A stretch of 64,000 bases of DNA from an uncultured cyanobacterium (GCA_963749915.1 CAVVOP010000005.1:384001-448000); one strand, 5' to 3'; shown: positions 43,568-54,227, counted from the first letter of the stretch. The notes: a model not told the origin generated them from the sequence alone. Numbers and translations: made by a program.

Positions 43568-43833
43568 TTGTCACATAATCCATGGGTGATAAGTAAAAAC
43601 TTATCGTCTTTTACATTTAACCTCTATTGTGTTACAAAACATGACAGAGATATAAATGCGGCAATTAATATAAGAGATGAAGGAATACGAATATTAAAGA
43701 CCTCTGGAACGGGGGATAAAGCCTGTCGCCTAACCGTAAGTCGTAGTAATAGAGGACGCAAGAAATCTACTACGACGCCAGTTACTGGGCAGGAAGCCTA
43801 CACTTTACCGCCAGGTCAGTGTGGGTAGTTCAT
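43568..43833 (+). mobile_element. IS200/IS605 tnpB 3'-end remnant with right-end hairpin
   Basis: C..KHDRDINAAINI (RuvC-III) plus typical C-tail ...GQEAYT; hairpin CCTACACT/AGTGTGGG then TAGTTCAT. Confidence 0.8.
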
Positions 43834-43934
43834 TTAACAAATTTACAAGTACGGAAAAAAATCAGGATAGAATAGGGTAATATTCTTTGCCTTTTTGTTC
43901 CATTCTTCCCTCATTTAGGAGATAATTACAAAAG

Positions 43935-44432
43935 ATGTCCAACCCTAACTCTCAGTTAATGAAAAAACCGGATCTCAGCGATCCAAAATTAAGAGCAAAA
44001 TTAGCTCAAAACATGGGTCATCACTACTATGGTGAACTTGCGTGGCCTAACGATATTCTCTATATGTTCCCTGTTTGTATTTTGGGTATATTAGGTTTAG
44101 TCGTCGGTTTAGCAATTCTCGATCCAGCGATGATAGGAGAACCGGCTGATCCGTTTGCTACACCTTTGGAAATCCTACCTGAGTGGTATTTATACCCAGT
44201 ATTCCAAATTTTACGGGTTTTACCTAACAAACTTTTAGGTATTGCTTGTCAAGGTGCCATTCCTTTAGGTTTAATGTTAGTGCCTTTCATCGAAAGTGTT
44301 AACAAGTTCCAAAATCCTTTCCGTCGCCCCATTGCGATGACTGTGTTTTTATTTGGTACTTTAGTCACTCTTTGGTTAGGTGCAGGATCTGTATTCCCCA
44401 TTGATAAGTCTTTAACTTTGGGTTTATTCTAA
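43935..44432 (+). CDS. petD: Cytochrome b6f subunit IV
   Basis: [31 protein letters not shown]. Confidence 0.98.
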   Translation: MSNPNSQLMKKPDLSDPKLRAKLAQNMGHHYYGELAWPNDILYMFPVCILGILGLVVGLAILDPAMIGEPADPFATPLEILPEWYLYPVFQILRVLPNKLLGIACQGAIPLGLMLVPFIESVNKFQNPFRRPIAMTVFLFGTLVTLWLGAGSVFPIDKSLTLGLF

Positions 44433-44470
44433 TTTTTGATTTACAAGTCAAAATTTACAAGATTAATTGT

Positions 44471-44520
44471 CTGTGATGGCTTTTAGACTCTTCTCGTGAT
44501 GAGTTTGAAGGCGATCGCAG
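44471..44520. terminator. Long hairpin between convergent petD and amidohydrolase genes
   Basis: CTGTGATGGCTTTTAGACTC / GAGTTTGAAGGCGATCGCAG imperfect inverted repeat. Confidence 0.5.
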
Positions 44521-44534
44521 ACCTTATTTATTCC

Positions 44535-45752
44535 CTAAACAAAACCGGTAAATTTTTCGACGCAACGGGCAAAGATTTCCACCCCTAAACTTAAAGCAGT
44601 CTCATCAAAGTCAAAACGAGGATGATGATGAGGATAGTTGAAACCTTTTTGAGCATTGGCTGACCCTAAAAAGAAATAACAGCCAGGAACTTCTTGTAAG
44701 AAAAATGACATATCTTCCCCTCCCATAGTTTGACATTCTGGTACAACTTCTATGGGGGTTTCTACCACTTCTAAGGCTACAGATTTGACTAATTGAGTGA
44801 TTCTCGGATGGTTGATAACGGCAGGGTAAAGTCGCCAATAATCCAGGTGATATTTTGCACCATGGCTTTGACAAATTCCAGCGATAATACCTTCTATTCT
44901 CTCACCGATATATTTTTCCAAAGTAGGATTAAAGTAACGGACTGTGCCGCTCATTTTGGCTGTATCGGCGATGACGTTTAAAGCTGTGCCACTATGAAAT
45001 GTTCCCACTGTAACTACTGCGGAATCGAGAGGAGAAATGTTACGAGAAACGATAGTCTGTAAAGCGTTGACTATTTGCATCCCTACCATAATAGAATCAA
45101 TGGTTTGGTGAGGCATTGCTCCATGACCGCCTTTACCGAATATTTCACATTGAAAACATTCTACCGCCGCCATTAATGCACCTTCTCTGACTCCTATGGT
45201 GCCTAACGGTAAATTATTCCACAAATGTAGGCCGATAATAGCGTCAATATCGGGATTTTTTAACACCCCTTCTTCTATCATCGGTTTTGCACCGCCGGGT
45301 CCTTCTTCGGCTGGTTGGAATATAATTTTTACCGTACCTTGAAATTGATCTCGGTGATGTGCTAGGTAATAAGCTATGCCCAAAGCGATGGCCGTGTGTC
45401 CATCATGTCCACAGGCATGCATTAATCCATCATGTTTTGAACAGTAAGACACTTGATTTTCTTCTTGAATGGGTAAAGCATCCATATCCGCACGAATGGC
45501 TAACACTTTTCCGTAGTGGTTACTTTGGATGGTCGCCACAATGCCAGTTTTTGCCACTTGAGTTTCATATTCGATACCCCAATCGCTCAATTTTTCGGCA
45601 ATAAAATCGGCGGTTAACACTTCAAAGAAGCCTAATTCTGGATACTGGTGTATTCTGCGTCGCCAATGGACTAATTGAGGTTGTAATTGGGCGATGGCAG
45701 GGCGAATTTCAGAGAATTTAAAGGAGTAGTCTAAGGTGCTGCTAGTAAACAT
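44535..45752 (-). CDS. M20D amidohydrolase (N-acyl-L-amino acid amidohydrolase)
   Basis: RADMDALP, MHACGHDGH, FQPAEEG, GGHGA.P, GEDM, HHP.FD. Confidence 0.92.
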   Translation of the reverse strand: MFTSSTLDYSFKFSEIRPAIAQLQPQLVHWRRRIHQYPELGFFEVLTADFIAEKLSDWGIEYETQVAKTGIVATIQSNHYGKVLAIRADMDALPIQEENQVSYCSKHDGLMHACGHDGHTAIALGIAYYLAHHRDQFQGTVKIIFQPAEEGPGGAKPMIEEGVLKNPDIDAIIGLHLWNNLPLGTIGVREGALMAAVECFQCEIFGKGGHGAMPHQTIDSIMVGMQIVNALQTIVSRNISPLDSAVVTVGTFHSGTALNVIADTAKMSGTVRYFNPTLEKYIGERIEGIIAGICQSHGAKYHLDYWRLYPAVINHPRITQLVKSVALEVVETPIEVVPECQTMGGEDMSFFLQEVPGCYFFLGSANAQKGFNYPHHHPRFDFDETALSLGVEIFARCVEKFTGFV

Positions 45753-45775
45753 AATAACAATGAACAGTGTACAAT

Positions 45776-46486
45776 TTAATTAATAGTGCCATCAGGCATA
45801 ATTGCACCGTGCAAGTCTGCATCTTTTAAGATTGTACCTGTAAGATCAGCACCTTGTAGATTTGCCTTAACTAATATTGCCCCCGTCAAATCAGCATAGC
45901 TTAAATCTGCCCCTTGGAAACTTGCTTGTGTCAAGTCTGTAACAAGGTTGTTATATCTGTTCCCCATGCCCAAATTTGCCCGACAGAGTCTTGCACCATC
46001 TAAGTTAGCCTCGTATAATAAGGCCTGACAAAGATTAGCGTAACTTAAATCAGCATGGCTTAAATTTGCTCGGGTAAGGTTAGTAGGTTGATCGGAGTTA
46101 GGACGAAAATCGGCATCGATAATGACACTATAAGACAAGTTAGCATGGGTTAAATTAGCACCGCAGAAAATGGCTTTAATTAAATTTGCCTTTTCTAAGT
46201 TTGTTTTTATCAGTTTAGCACTACTTAAATCTGCATCTCGTAACAAAATTTTAGACAAAATAGCTTCACTTAAATCTGTACCCCATAAAATAGCCTCACT
46301 CAAATCCGCTTCAGTAAAATTAGCGTTGCGAAAATTTGTACGCCCTAATCTGGCTTGTCGTAAGTCACTGCGGGAAAAATTAGCAGATGACAGATTTTCT
46401 TTGAGAATTTCTGCTTCTGTGAGTTTCACTTGTTTAAAGTTTCTTTCCCCTTGATTATATGCCGCCAGTATTTGTTCTATTTTCAT
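45776..46486 (-). CDS. Pentapeptide repeat protein
   Basis: YNQGERNF N-terminus, A(D/N)LxX repeats, MPDGT C-terminus. Confidence 0.9.
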   Translation of the reverse strand: MKIEQILAAYNQGERNFKQVKLTEAEILKENLSSANFSRSDLRQARLGRTNFRNANFTEADLSEAILWGTDLSEAILSKILLRDADLSSAKLIKTNLEKANLIKAIFCGANLTHANLSYSVIIDADFRPNSDQPTNLTRANLSHADLSYANLCQALLYEANLDGARLCRANLGMGNRYNNLVTDLTQASFQGADLSYADLTGAILVKANLQGADLTGTILKDADLHGAIMPDGTIN

Positions 46487-46614
46487 ATTGATTTAAGTTA
46501 AAATCGCGATCAACTATTTTTTGATAATCTACTTATCTTCACTTAATAATTGACATTTTTTTGTTTTTTTTGACCACAGGATAAATCTTTTCTAGGCGAT
46601 CGCACTTACTATTG

Positions 46615-47400
46615 TTATAGCGTTGTTTCGGATTTGAGCATTCTACCATAACACAGCCATCCCAAAAATATCATAGCGATCGCAAAAATAACTAAAAAGA
46701 AAAAATGACCTTGAATATCAGCAAAGGATTTACCTTTACCCCACACCTCAATTAAAGCCTCATTCATGTGAAAAATAGGATTAAATTGAGCAATTTGCAG
46801 GAGTTTTTCAGGGAATAAAGAACTAGGAAAAAAAGTGCCACCAATAATTAATAACGGTACGCCAAAAGTAGCCACAATCGCATTAACATCTTCTGTTCTT
46901 TTTGCTAATTGAGTGCCGAAAATAAAACCTAAACCGACATAGCTAATGATACTTAAAAGAATAATCATTAAACCTAAAATAATTGATCCTGAAATAGATT
47001 TCCCAGTGAACAAAAGTAAGCTATAAACTAACCCATAAACTAAGATAGTTTGTAAAATGCCGATAAAACAATGGGCGAAAAAAATACCTAAAAAATAAGA
47101 AACCCCATGAAGGGGAGAAACAAATAAACGTTTGAGAGTTTTTTGTTCCCTTTCTGCTACGATAGTGGCAACAGTACCCCCTAAACAACTAAAAAATAAA
47201 GCCGCCCCCACAAGACTAGAAGGGGCAGATATTTTCATCGCTAAAATGCTAGTTATTTTTGCCCGTTCTGCGATAATATAACTATTGATTAACAAGATAA
47301 AAATAGGAAAAATCATCCAAAAAATTAGACTTCTTTTCCTAGTAATTAATTCTTGCAGAATTCTTTGAGTGACAGCTAAAATTTGATGCCAATATTGCAT
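46615..47400 (-). CDS. ABC-2 type permease
   Basis: EREQKTLKRL..SP, GG.FFP, FNP; 6 TM helices. Confidence 0.85.
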   Translation of the reverse strand: MQYWHQILAVTQRILQELITRKRSLIFWMIFPIFILLINSYIIAERAKITSILAMKISAPSSLVGAALFFSCLGGTVATIVAEREQKTLKRLFVSPLHGVSYFLGIFFAHCFIGILQTILVYGLVYSLLLFTGKSISGSIILGLMIILLSIISYVGLGFIFGTQLAKRTEDVNAIVATFGVPLLIIGGTFFPSSLFPEKLLQIAQFNPIFHMNEALIEVWGKGKSFADIQGHFFFLVIFAIAMIFLGWLCYGRMLKSETTL

Positions 47401-47422
47401 TATTTGTTAACAAAAAAGTATT

Positions 47423-47458
47423 TATCACTTATTACTTATTACTTATTACTTATTACTT
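47423..47458. repeat. Heptamer short tandem repeat (TATTACT)n
   Basis: tatcact followed by four tattact units downstream of pxcA. Confidence 0.7.
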
Positions 47459-47486
47459 TTCCCTCCCTCCCAACTCTGAAATTTTG

Positions 47487-48824
47487 TTAAGATTCGTTCA
47501 TATTTTTATAAGTGGCTACGGCGGAAGGAGAAATACGGTTGAGGTAACGGAAAATCCAATACTTTAAGACCGTATCTAAAATAACGGGAAAAGTGGCGAT
47601 AAATAAGAAGTTAAAATCTCGATTTTCTGGTAAGCCAAAATGGCGGGTAATGCCTTCTAAGAGAATTTCCCAACCATGAGGGGAGTGGTAACCCACAAAG
47701 ATATCAGTAAAAAGAATGATTAAAAAAGCCTTAGCAGAATCACTTAAACCATAAACTGTTTCGTCAATAAAAGACTTTAAAATTTCTAACTCTCGTTTAC
47801 TATAAATAAGTATTAATCCAAAGGCAGTAAAAGAGAAAATATCGGCAAAAATATTTTTAATAGCATTAGAACCCCTATTACGATATTCATTGGCTAATTC
47901 TTCCGCTTTTACCTTTATTTTTTCTTCTTTTTCCTCTTGAGATAGAGGGGGTATTAAACCGATCATCCGTTTAAGACTAAGATTTTCTTCAAAGGTTTTT
48001 AATTCTGTCAACGCTTCTTCTTGTAAGTCTTGATTAATGAATACTATTTGTTCATGTTGGGCAAAATAAGGATCGATAAATACTTTTCCTAACGCAATTT
48101 TAGCGAGATTATGAACTAATAAAGGCACAATAATTAACAGCAATAAAAATTTAACAGATATAGCCGTTTTATATCTTGATTTTCTAAATTTATTAATGAC
48201 ATTTTTTTCTGTTTGTACTACTTCAGGATCGATTTCCTGTTTAATTCTGTCCAAAGTTCGTAAAAAAGAGCGGGGCAAAACACTAGTTTTATCAGAGATT
48301 GTTTCGGTATTAGGTTCAAGATTATTGCTGGAATTATTTGTTTTTGCCATTGATGGCGATTTAACAGAATTACCATTATTAGGAGCTGATTTTTCTCCAT
48401 TATTGGCAATATTTTGTTTTTTCACTTCAATTAATTTTACTGACGTTTCATAATTATTATTATATTTATTAATAACTTGATCAATAAAGTTTAATCTTTC
48501 TACTACTAAATCTTGCCTATAAGTATTTTCTGTTTGATTATATCCTTGTTTACGGTTATTTTCTAAAAAATTATGTACTGATTTACTGGTTTTAAATTGA
48601 CTAATTTTCAGATCAATAATTCGTAAATTAGAACGTAATTCTCCATCAAAATAGGCAAAAACTTTATCCCCATAATTACAATTTTGTAGATCAATTTTTT
48701 GACCTCCAAAATGTTCTTCCTCAATTTTTTTTATAGCTAATGCTCTTTGATATGCTTCTTCTAAAGCATTTTGAGAACTATTACCAATCCAGCGTTTAGT
48801 AGAACGGAAGATATGATTAAACAT
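47487..48824 (-). CDS. pxcA: Proton extrusion protein PxcA (CemA family)
   Basis: YGLSDSAKAFLIILFTDIFVGYHSPHGWE, FIATFPVILD, KYWIFRYLNRISPS. Confidence 0.93.
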   Translation of the reverse strand: MFNHIFRSTKRWIGNSSQNALEEAYQRALAIKKIEEEHFGGQKIDLQNCNYGDKVFAYFDGELRSNLRIIDLKISQFKTSKSVHNFLENNRKQGYNQTENTYRQDLVVERLNFIDQVINKYNNNYETSVKLIEVKKQNIANNGEKSAPNNGNSVKSPSMAKTNNSSNNLEPNTETISDKTSVLPRSFLRTLDRIKQEIDPEVVQTEKNVINKFRKSRYKTAISVKFLLLLIIVPLLVHNLAKIALGKVFIDPYFAQHEQIVFINQDLQEEALTELKTFEENLSLKRMIGLIPPLSQEEKEEKIKVKAEELANEYRNRGSNAIKNIFADIFSFTAFGLILIYSKRELEILKSFIDETVYGLSDSAKAFLIILFTDIFVGYHSPHGWEILLEGITRHFGLPENRDFNFLFIATFPVILDTVLKYWIFRYLNRISPSAVATYKNMNES

Positions 48825-48948
48825 GGAATGCCAAGTAAAATAACATGATTAAACCAACATTTTATCTCAATAATCTGACAATAATGAGTAATTAACCGTT
48901 TATTGCCTTAAATTGATTTAAATTTCAGTTTTTGAAGATGTGTAATAA

Positions 48949-49203
48949 TTATAGCTTTGCCCTTAGACAAAACTGATAGTCTCCTCCTACTTCTAATTGA
49001 TAATCATATCTTTCCAAAAAACGACATAAAGGCTCTTGAATTAAACTACGACCCAAACCTGGTTTAACAGATAACTTTCCTTGACGAAAATGCCACAAAA
49101 AAAACCATTGATAATCCCCAGCATTGACTTTTCCTTCTATGTGTCCTTTTTGCCAACACTGGTTCGTAATTGTTACTTCTGCAAGAGTTTGTGGTAATGA
49201 CAT
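48949..49203 (-). CDS. DUF3146-like cyanobacterial protein
   Basis: LPQT.A.V.IT.Q.W, G.LSV.P.LGR.LI.EPL.RFLE..DYQLE.GGDY. Confidence 0.75.
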   Translation of the reverse strand: MSLPQTLAEVTITNQCWQKGHIEGKVNAGDYQWFFLWHFRQGKLSVKPGLGRSLIQEPLCRFLERYDYQLEVGGDYQFCLRAKL

Positions 49204-49219
49204 GACTAGAAGAGTTTAT

Positions 49220-49999
49220 TTACGGAAGAAGTAATTTAAACAACAAAGGAGCAACAGAATTGACTATTTGTATAAATGCAGGACTTCCTTGATTTCCGTC
49301 CTTGGCTTCCGCATCAGTACGTGCTTTCACTAACTGTAGAAAACGGTTGGATAATACATAACCATCGGGATTATTTTGTGTTTTAAATAATTCTTCGGCT
49401 TTTTCTCCGTCTTTGATAGCGGTGTTAGTCTGTCCATAACGAGACTTAATAATTGCTCTGCCTAAGTAGGCTTGAGCGAAATCAGGATTCATTTCGATGG
49501 CTTGAGAATAATATTTAGCCGCCATCTGATAATTTCCTTCTTTGTCTTCGGAAACAGCCCATAAGTAAAATTGTTCTGCATTGCCCGCAGTGGCAGGAAT
49601 ACCCATAACTCCCTCTATGTGAGCGGTGGAAATGTCCGTATTATTTAGGATAATTCCTTGAACATAAGCATTTCTGAAATCACTACTATTCAATATCGCC
49701 CCGGTAAGATTTGCCCCGGTAAGATTCGCCCCATGAAAAGATGCCCCACTCAAATTGGCATTACTTAAATCCGCCCCCGTCAAATTAGCACGACTTAAAT
49801 TTGCACCCACGAGATTCGCCCCCCGTAAATTCGCCCCAGTTAAATTAGTCATAACTAAACCAGCTTGAGATAAATCACAATTTTCGCACTGTTTTGTATT
49901 TAATAATTGAGTTAACTGAGCTACATTTTCGGCACTGACGGGGAGAGGAAGAAGAACACTTGTCAATAAAGTTGAAAACAGAATAGTTAGTTTGGTCAT
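49220..49999 (-). CDS. Exported pentapeptide repeat + TPR protein
   Basis: Signal peptide, LL.TKQC..CDL, A(N/D)L repeats, C-terminal TPR. Confidence 0.85.
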   Translation of the reverse strand: MTKLTILFSTLLTSVLLPLPVSAENVAQLTQLLNTKQCENCDLSQAGLVMTNLTGANLRGANLVGANLSRANLTGADLSNANLSGASFHGANLTGANLTGAILNSSDFRNAYVQGIILNNTDISTAHIEGVMGIPATAGNAEQFYLWAVSEDKEGNYQMAAKYYSQAIEMNPDFAQAYLGRAIIKSRYGQTNTAIKDGEKAEELFKTQNNPDGYVLSNRFLQLVKARTDAEAKDGNQGSPAFIQIVNSVAPLLFKLLLP

Positions 50000-50244
50000 A
50001 AAAATTTTTCGGCAAAATAATGGCAAAACAATTTGATCTATTGTACAAAATTATTTCTTATTAGTGATAAGTTTCTTTTAAAAAATAATTATACATTAGA
50101 CCTAGACTTTATTTGCTCATACTTTTGTTCTATATTTTTGATAAAAATTGATATTTATTAAAATTAATTAATATTTGAATTTAACGAGACTTTAAGTTAG
50201 AATGATATCGTCATAACCATATAGTCTTCTGTTAAGTTTACATT

Positions 50245-50907
50245 ATGTCCCTACAAATTCTCGTAACCGACGATGATCTTACCATTAGACGATTAATCAA
50301 AGACTGTTTGGAATTACATGGTTACTCCGTAATTCTAGCCTCTGATGGTCAACAAGCACTCTCTTTAGCCCATAGATATCATCCTCATCTTTTAATTTCT
50401 GACATTAAAATGCCCCATAAAGACGGTTATAGTTTAGTGAAGGAATTGCGACAAAATCCCCATTTCCGTTTATTGCCCGTTGTTTTTTTAACCAATAAAC
50501 ATTCCACTGAGGATAAAATCAGTGGTTATCAAGCAGGATGTGATATCTATTTAGCTAAACCTTTTCAACCCGAAGAACTATCTGCTATCGTACGTCATTT
50601 ATTAGAGCGATCGCAAATTATTCAGTCGGAATTATTATTTACAGAAATTGGGAACATTCATCCTCAGAAAGATCTTTCTTTAATCAGTAATGATTACGAT
50701 ATATCAAGGAATAATATTCATTTTACCAATCGAGAGGAAGAAGTTTTACATCTATTAATCAAAGGTTTATCGAATTTAAAAATAGCAGAAGAATTATATT
50801 TAAGTCCTAAAACTGTAGAAAAATACGTAGCTAGTTTATTGAAAAAAACTAATTCCGCTAATCGCACGGAGCTGGTAAGTTTTGTTTTAATTAATAAAAT
50901 AGTATAA
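50245..50907 (+). CDS. NarL/LuxR-family response regulator
   Basis: DDD, SDIKMP, KPF receiver motifs; FTNRE.EVL.L...GLSN..IA..LYLS.KTVE HTH. Confidence 0.9.
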   Translation: MSLQILVTDDDLTIRRLIKDCLELHGYSVILASDGQQALSLAHRYHPHLLISDIKMPHKDGYSLVKELRQNPHFRLLPVVFLTNKHSTEDKISGYQAGCDIYLAKPFQPEELSAIVRHLLERSQIIQSELLFTEIGNIHPQKDLSLISNDYDISRNNIHFTNREEEVLHLLIKGLSNLKIAEELYLSPKTVEKYVASLLKKTNSANRTELVSFVLINKIV

Positions 50908-50928
50908 TATGGAAAATTTTTAGATTTA

Positions 50929-52302
50929 ATGAAACTTAAATATGATTTAGTTATTATTGGCGGCACAAAACAAGGTCTTTTAGCGGCAGAATATGGAACA
51001 AAATTAGGAGCCAGAGTTGCTTTAGTTATCAATAATAATTGTTTAACTCAAAATGATAATCAATTTTTTTCACTAGAATTTAAGGATGATTTATTAAATC
51101 TAGATAATTGCATTAATTTTAAAGATTTTTTAGCAGAAAAAAAAATACTATTTACTCAAAAATATTTGCCAGATTTAGAATTGTTGGGGGTCGATATAAT
51201 TATTAGTAGTTGTGAGTTTAATTGTCAAAAAAGACTAACTTTAGCAACAGAAAAAGATGAATTAGAATCTGTTTCTTACTTACTAGCTATGACATCTAAT
51301 CAACTCTTTAGTGAAGATATTTTAAGTAACAATAATAATATTTTAAGTATTAATGATTTAATTTCACGAAATAATTGGGACAATTTGCCAGAAAATTTGG
51401 TAATTGTAGGAAATTATATTTCAACAATTTACTTAGCAAATAAACTGGCCTACCTTGGTAAAAAAATAACTTTAATTACTGAAAATAGGCAACTTTTGCC
51501 TACAGAAGATGATGATATTTCTTTTCAAATGCAATTAACTTTAGAATCTCGGGAAGTTAAGATATATAATAAATCAAATATTAATGATTTTGATAATTTT
51601 AAGATAAATAATCTTATTGAAAATGATGCTAATTTCACTAATAGCCAAGTAGTAATCATTGACAATCATAAAATTTGTAATGAAGATAAATTAGGGTTAA
51701 AAAGAGTAGGTATTCAAGCTAAAAAGGCTAAAATATTTGTTAATAGTAAATTACAAACTAAACATTCTCAAATTTACGGTTGTGGTGATTTATTAGGTGG
51801 TTATAGTTTAGATAATATAACGGAATATGAAACAAAAATTGCCGTTAATAATTGTTTATTTTTTCCTTGGCAACAGGTAAATTATAATAATATTCCTTAT
51901 ACTTTGGTCACGAATCCCCCTATTAATCGAATCGGATATACTCAAAAACAAGCAGAATTATTATCAGGAAAAAAAGCTAAAGTTTTAACCTTACATTCTT
52001 ATGTAAGATCCTCCTTAAATTTTACACAAAATACGATATTTATTAAAATAATTTTAGATAAGAATAACTATATATTAGGTTTTCACAGCCTGGGGTTTGG
52101 AGTAGAAGAAATATTAGCAGGGATAACCCTACTTATGGAACAACAAAAACCCTTAAAGTATTTATTTAAACTTAAATTTAGCCAGCTAAACTCATTACAA
52201 ATTATTAAAGATATTCAACAAGCATGGTTGGAAAAAAATAAAAAACAAAATCAGATTATAATAGATTTAGCCACGACTTTCTTTATTTGGAAAAGGGAAT
52301 GA
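50929..52302 (+). CDS. Degenerate pyridine nucleotide-disulfide oxidoreductase (MerA/Lpd-like fold)
   Basis: YDLVIIGG, LQT....IYGCGD, P....T.P....IG.T; no CxxxxC redox motif. Confidence 0.7.
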   Translation: MKLKYDLVIIGGTKQGLLAAEYGTKLGARVALVINNNCLTQNDNQFFSLEFKDDLLNLDNCINFKDFLAEKKILFTQKYLPDLELLGVDIIISSCEFNCQKRLTLATEKDELESVSYLLAMTSNQLFSEDILSNNNNILSINDLISRNNWDNLPENLVIVGNYISTIYLANKLAYLGKKITLITENRQLLPTEDDDISFQMQLTLESREVKIYNKSNINDFDNFKINNLIENDANFTNSQVVIIDNHKICNEDKLGLKRVGIQAKKAKIFVNSKLQTKHSQIYGCGDLLGGYSLDNITEYETKIAVNNCLFFPWQQVNYNNIPYTLVTNPPINRIGYTQKQAELLSGKKAKVLTLHSYVRSSLNFTQNTIFIKIILDKNNYILGFHSLGFGVEEILAGITLLMEQQKPLKYLFKLKFSQLNSLQIIKDIQQAWLEKNKKQNQIIIDLATTFFIWKRE

Positions 52303-52309
52303 ATTAAGC

Positions 52310-52972
52310 ATGATTAATAAAATAAAAGACAAAGGTTATTTTATTGTTTTAGAAGGAATAGATGGTGCAGGAAGTACAACTCAAGCTGAGTTATTGCAAC
52401 AGTATTTTATCAAAAATAAAGAAAAAGCTGTTATTAGTCCTGAACCTTCTTCTAGTAAAATAGGAAAATTATTACGGGAATTTTTAGCCCATCAAAATCA
52501 TTTTATTAATCAAGATTTATTTGATCAACAAATGGCCTATTTATTCGCCGCAGATCGTCATTATCACCTGTATAATAATATTAATGGAGTACAAAAATTA
52601 ATCAACGAAAATACCCATGTGATTACTACTAGATATTATTTTTCTTCCTTTGCGTATAATGCTAAAACTGAGAAAGATTTTCAATTTGTTAGTTTATTAA
52701 ATCAAGATTTTCCTCCTCCAGATTTACTGATTTATCTTGATATTCCTGTAGATACAGCTTTAATTAGAATTAGGGATCGCATCGCCTTAGAAATTTATGA
52801 AACGAAAGAAAAATTAACCCAAGTAAAACACAATTTTGATACAATCATCGATAAATATAAGCATGCTTATTTAAGAATTGATGGTACATCCTCTAAAGAA
52901 GAAATACATAGAAAAATAGTAAATTTCTTTCATAAAGAAAGTAATGTTAACGGCTATTTCCCAACATCATAA
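52310..52972 (+). CDS. tmk: Thymidylate kinase
   Basis: FIVLEGIDGAGSTTQ, EP, LFAADR, RY..SS.AY, PDL..YLD. Confidence 0.85.
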   Translation: MINKIKDKGYFIVLEGIDGAGSTTQAELLQQYFIKNKEKAVISPEPSSSKIGKLLREFLAHQNHFINQDLFDQQMAYLFAADRHYHLYNNINGVQKLINENTHVITTRYYFSSFAYNAKTEKDFQFVSLLNQDFPPPDLLIYLDIPVDTALIRIRDRIALEIYETKEKLTQVKHNFDTIIDKYKHAYLRIDGTSSKEEIHRKIVNFFHKESNVNGYFPTS

Positions 52973-53124
52973 GTATTTATTCTTAATAGTAGTGGTAAAA
53001 GATCTTGAAAAATAATGGCACAAATTCTGATATATTCAACATGGGAAGCAATATTGACAATAATTTACTGTTTAAAGCCGAACACAAATTTTAAAATCAA
53101 CTTAGTATATATCAAGGGGGAAAT

Positions 53125-53499
53125 ATGGTATTCAATAAACTTTTTGGCAAGAAAGACGAAAGCTACTTTTTAGAAATTAACGCAAAAACAGAGAATCAAC
53201 CTTCCGCAGAAGTAACAGTAAATGAGGGAGATTCTACCGTCGTAGAAACATCAACCGTCAAAGGAAAAGAGGCCACTGTTGCCACTGCAGTTAAACCTAA
53301 ACCTGATGTCAGCTATGATGTCCCAGATTGGGTAAAAGCGATCAAAAATTATTCTAATCAAGGTAATAACAATACATCAGCTTCTGAAGGGAAAAATTTT
53401 GCGGGTAAGTATGTTAGTAACAGTGTCCCACAATCCCGTCGTCGTCCGGGGGGAAGTTTAGCCACCTTTAAAAAGATGGCGTCTAAAATCGGCAGGTAA
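53125..53499 (+). CDS. Hypothetical cyanobacterial protein
   Basis: ORF with upstream RBS; C-terminal RRRPG.SL..FK.MA motif. Confidence 0.7.
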   Translation: MVFNKLFGKKDESYFLEINAKTENQPSAEVTVNEGDSTVVETSTVKGKEATVATAVKPKPDVSYDVPDWVKAIKNYSNQGNNNTSASEGKNFAGKYVSNSVPQSRRRPGGSLATFKKMASKIGR

Positions 53500-53570
53500 A
53501 TAATTAACAATTAACAATTAACAATTAAGTTATTTTGGTCTAGGAATTATCAACTATCAATTATTTAAAA

Positions 53571-54110
53571 ATGTTTGATTCTTCATCACAAATTTTACTT
53601 AAAGATTTAGAATACATTCCTTATATAGATATAAACGGGGCTATCAATACAGAATTACAGGGGAAAATTGGAATTTATGCTATTTTCAATCACGAGAAAG
53701 TCCTAGAATATATTGGTTATTCTCGTAATTTATTTATGAGTTTAAAACAACATTTAGTTAGACAGCCAGATAAGTGTTATTGGTTCAAATTTTACTTGGT
53801 TAAGGGTCCTAGTCGCAGTGTTTTAGAGGAAATTCGTACTAATTGGTTAGCAGAAAATAAAGACTTACCCAAGGGTAATGCAGAAGAAGAAGTTTTATGG
53901 ACGCAACCTATCGATGCGAAACTAACTATGACCCAAGAGGATAGGGCAGAGTATGAGCAAAATGAGGAATTAGGAAAAATTAAATTACTAAAAAAAGTAG
54001 CTAGAAGGTTGGAAGAAAAAATAAAAGATAAACTTGAAAGTCGGCAAGTCAAGATGGAAATTCGCTTTAATCCGAAATTAAAAGAAGAAGGTTTACTAGA
54101 TTTGAAATAG
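53571..54110 (+). CDS. GIY-YIG-like protein (conserved in cyanobacteria/plastids)
   Basis: GIYAIF...LEYIGYSR...SLKQHL. Confidence 0.8.
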   Translation: MFDSSSQILLKDLEYIPYIDINGAINTELQGKIGIYAIFNHEKVLEYIGYSRNLFMSLKQHLVRQPDKCYWFKFYLVKGPSRSVLEEIRTNWLAENKDLPKGNAEEEVLWTQPIDAKLTMTQEDRAEYEQNEELGKIKLLKKVARRLEEKIKDKLESRQVKMEIRFNPKLKEEGLLDLK

Positions 54111-54227
54111 AAAGAGAAGAAGACGGAAGGACAAGAGGAAATAAAGAAAAAAACTTAATATTTGGCAGTTGACCAGTAGAATGGAGATAAATAATTCCAC
54201 ATATCTGATTAGATTAGATAAAAATTT

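Noticed and set aside
53500..53530. (CAATTAA)n and similar heptamer tracts (also about 41265-41280 and GACAAGG-like units at about 56410-56480)
   Set aside because: Ordinary cyanobacterial short tandem repeats in intergenic DNA; no further structure
53571..54110. GIY-YIG protein as a homing endonuclease
   Set aside because: No intron or intein context; matches a conserved standalone cyanobacterial/plastid type
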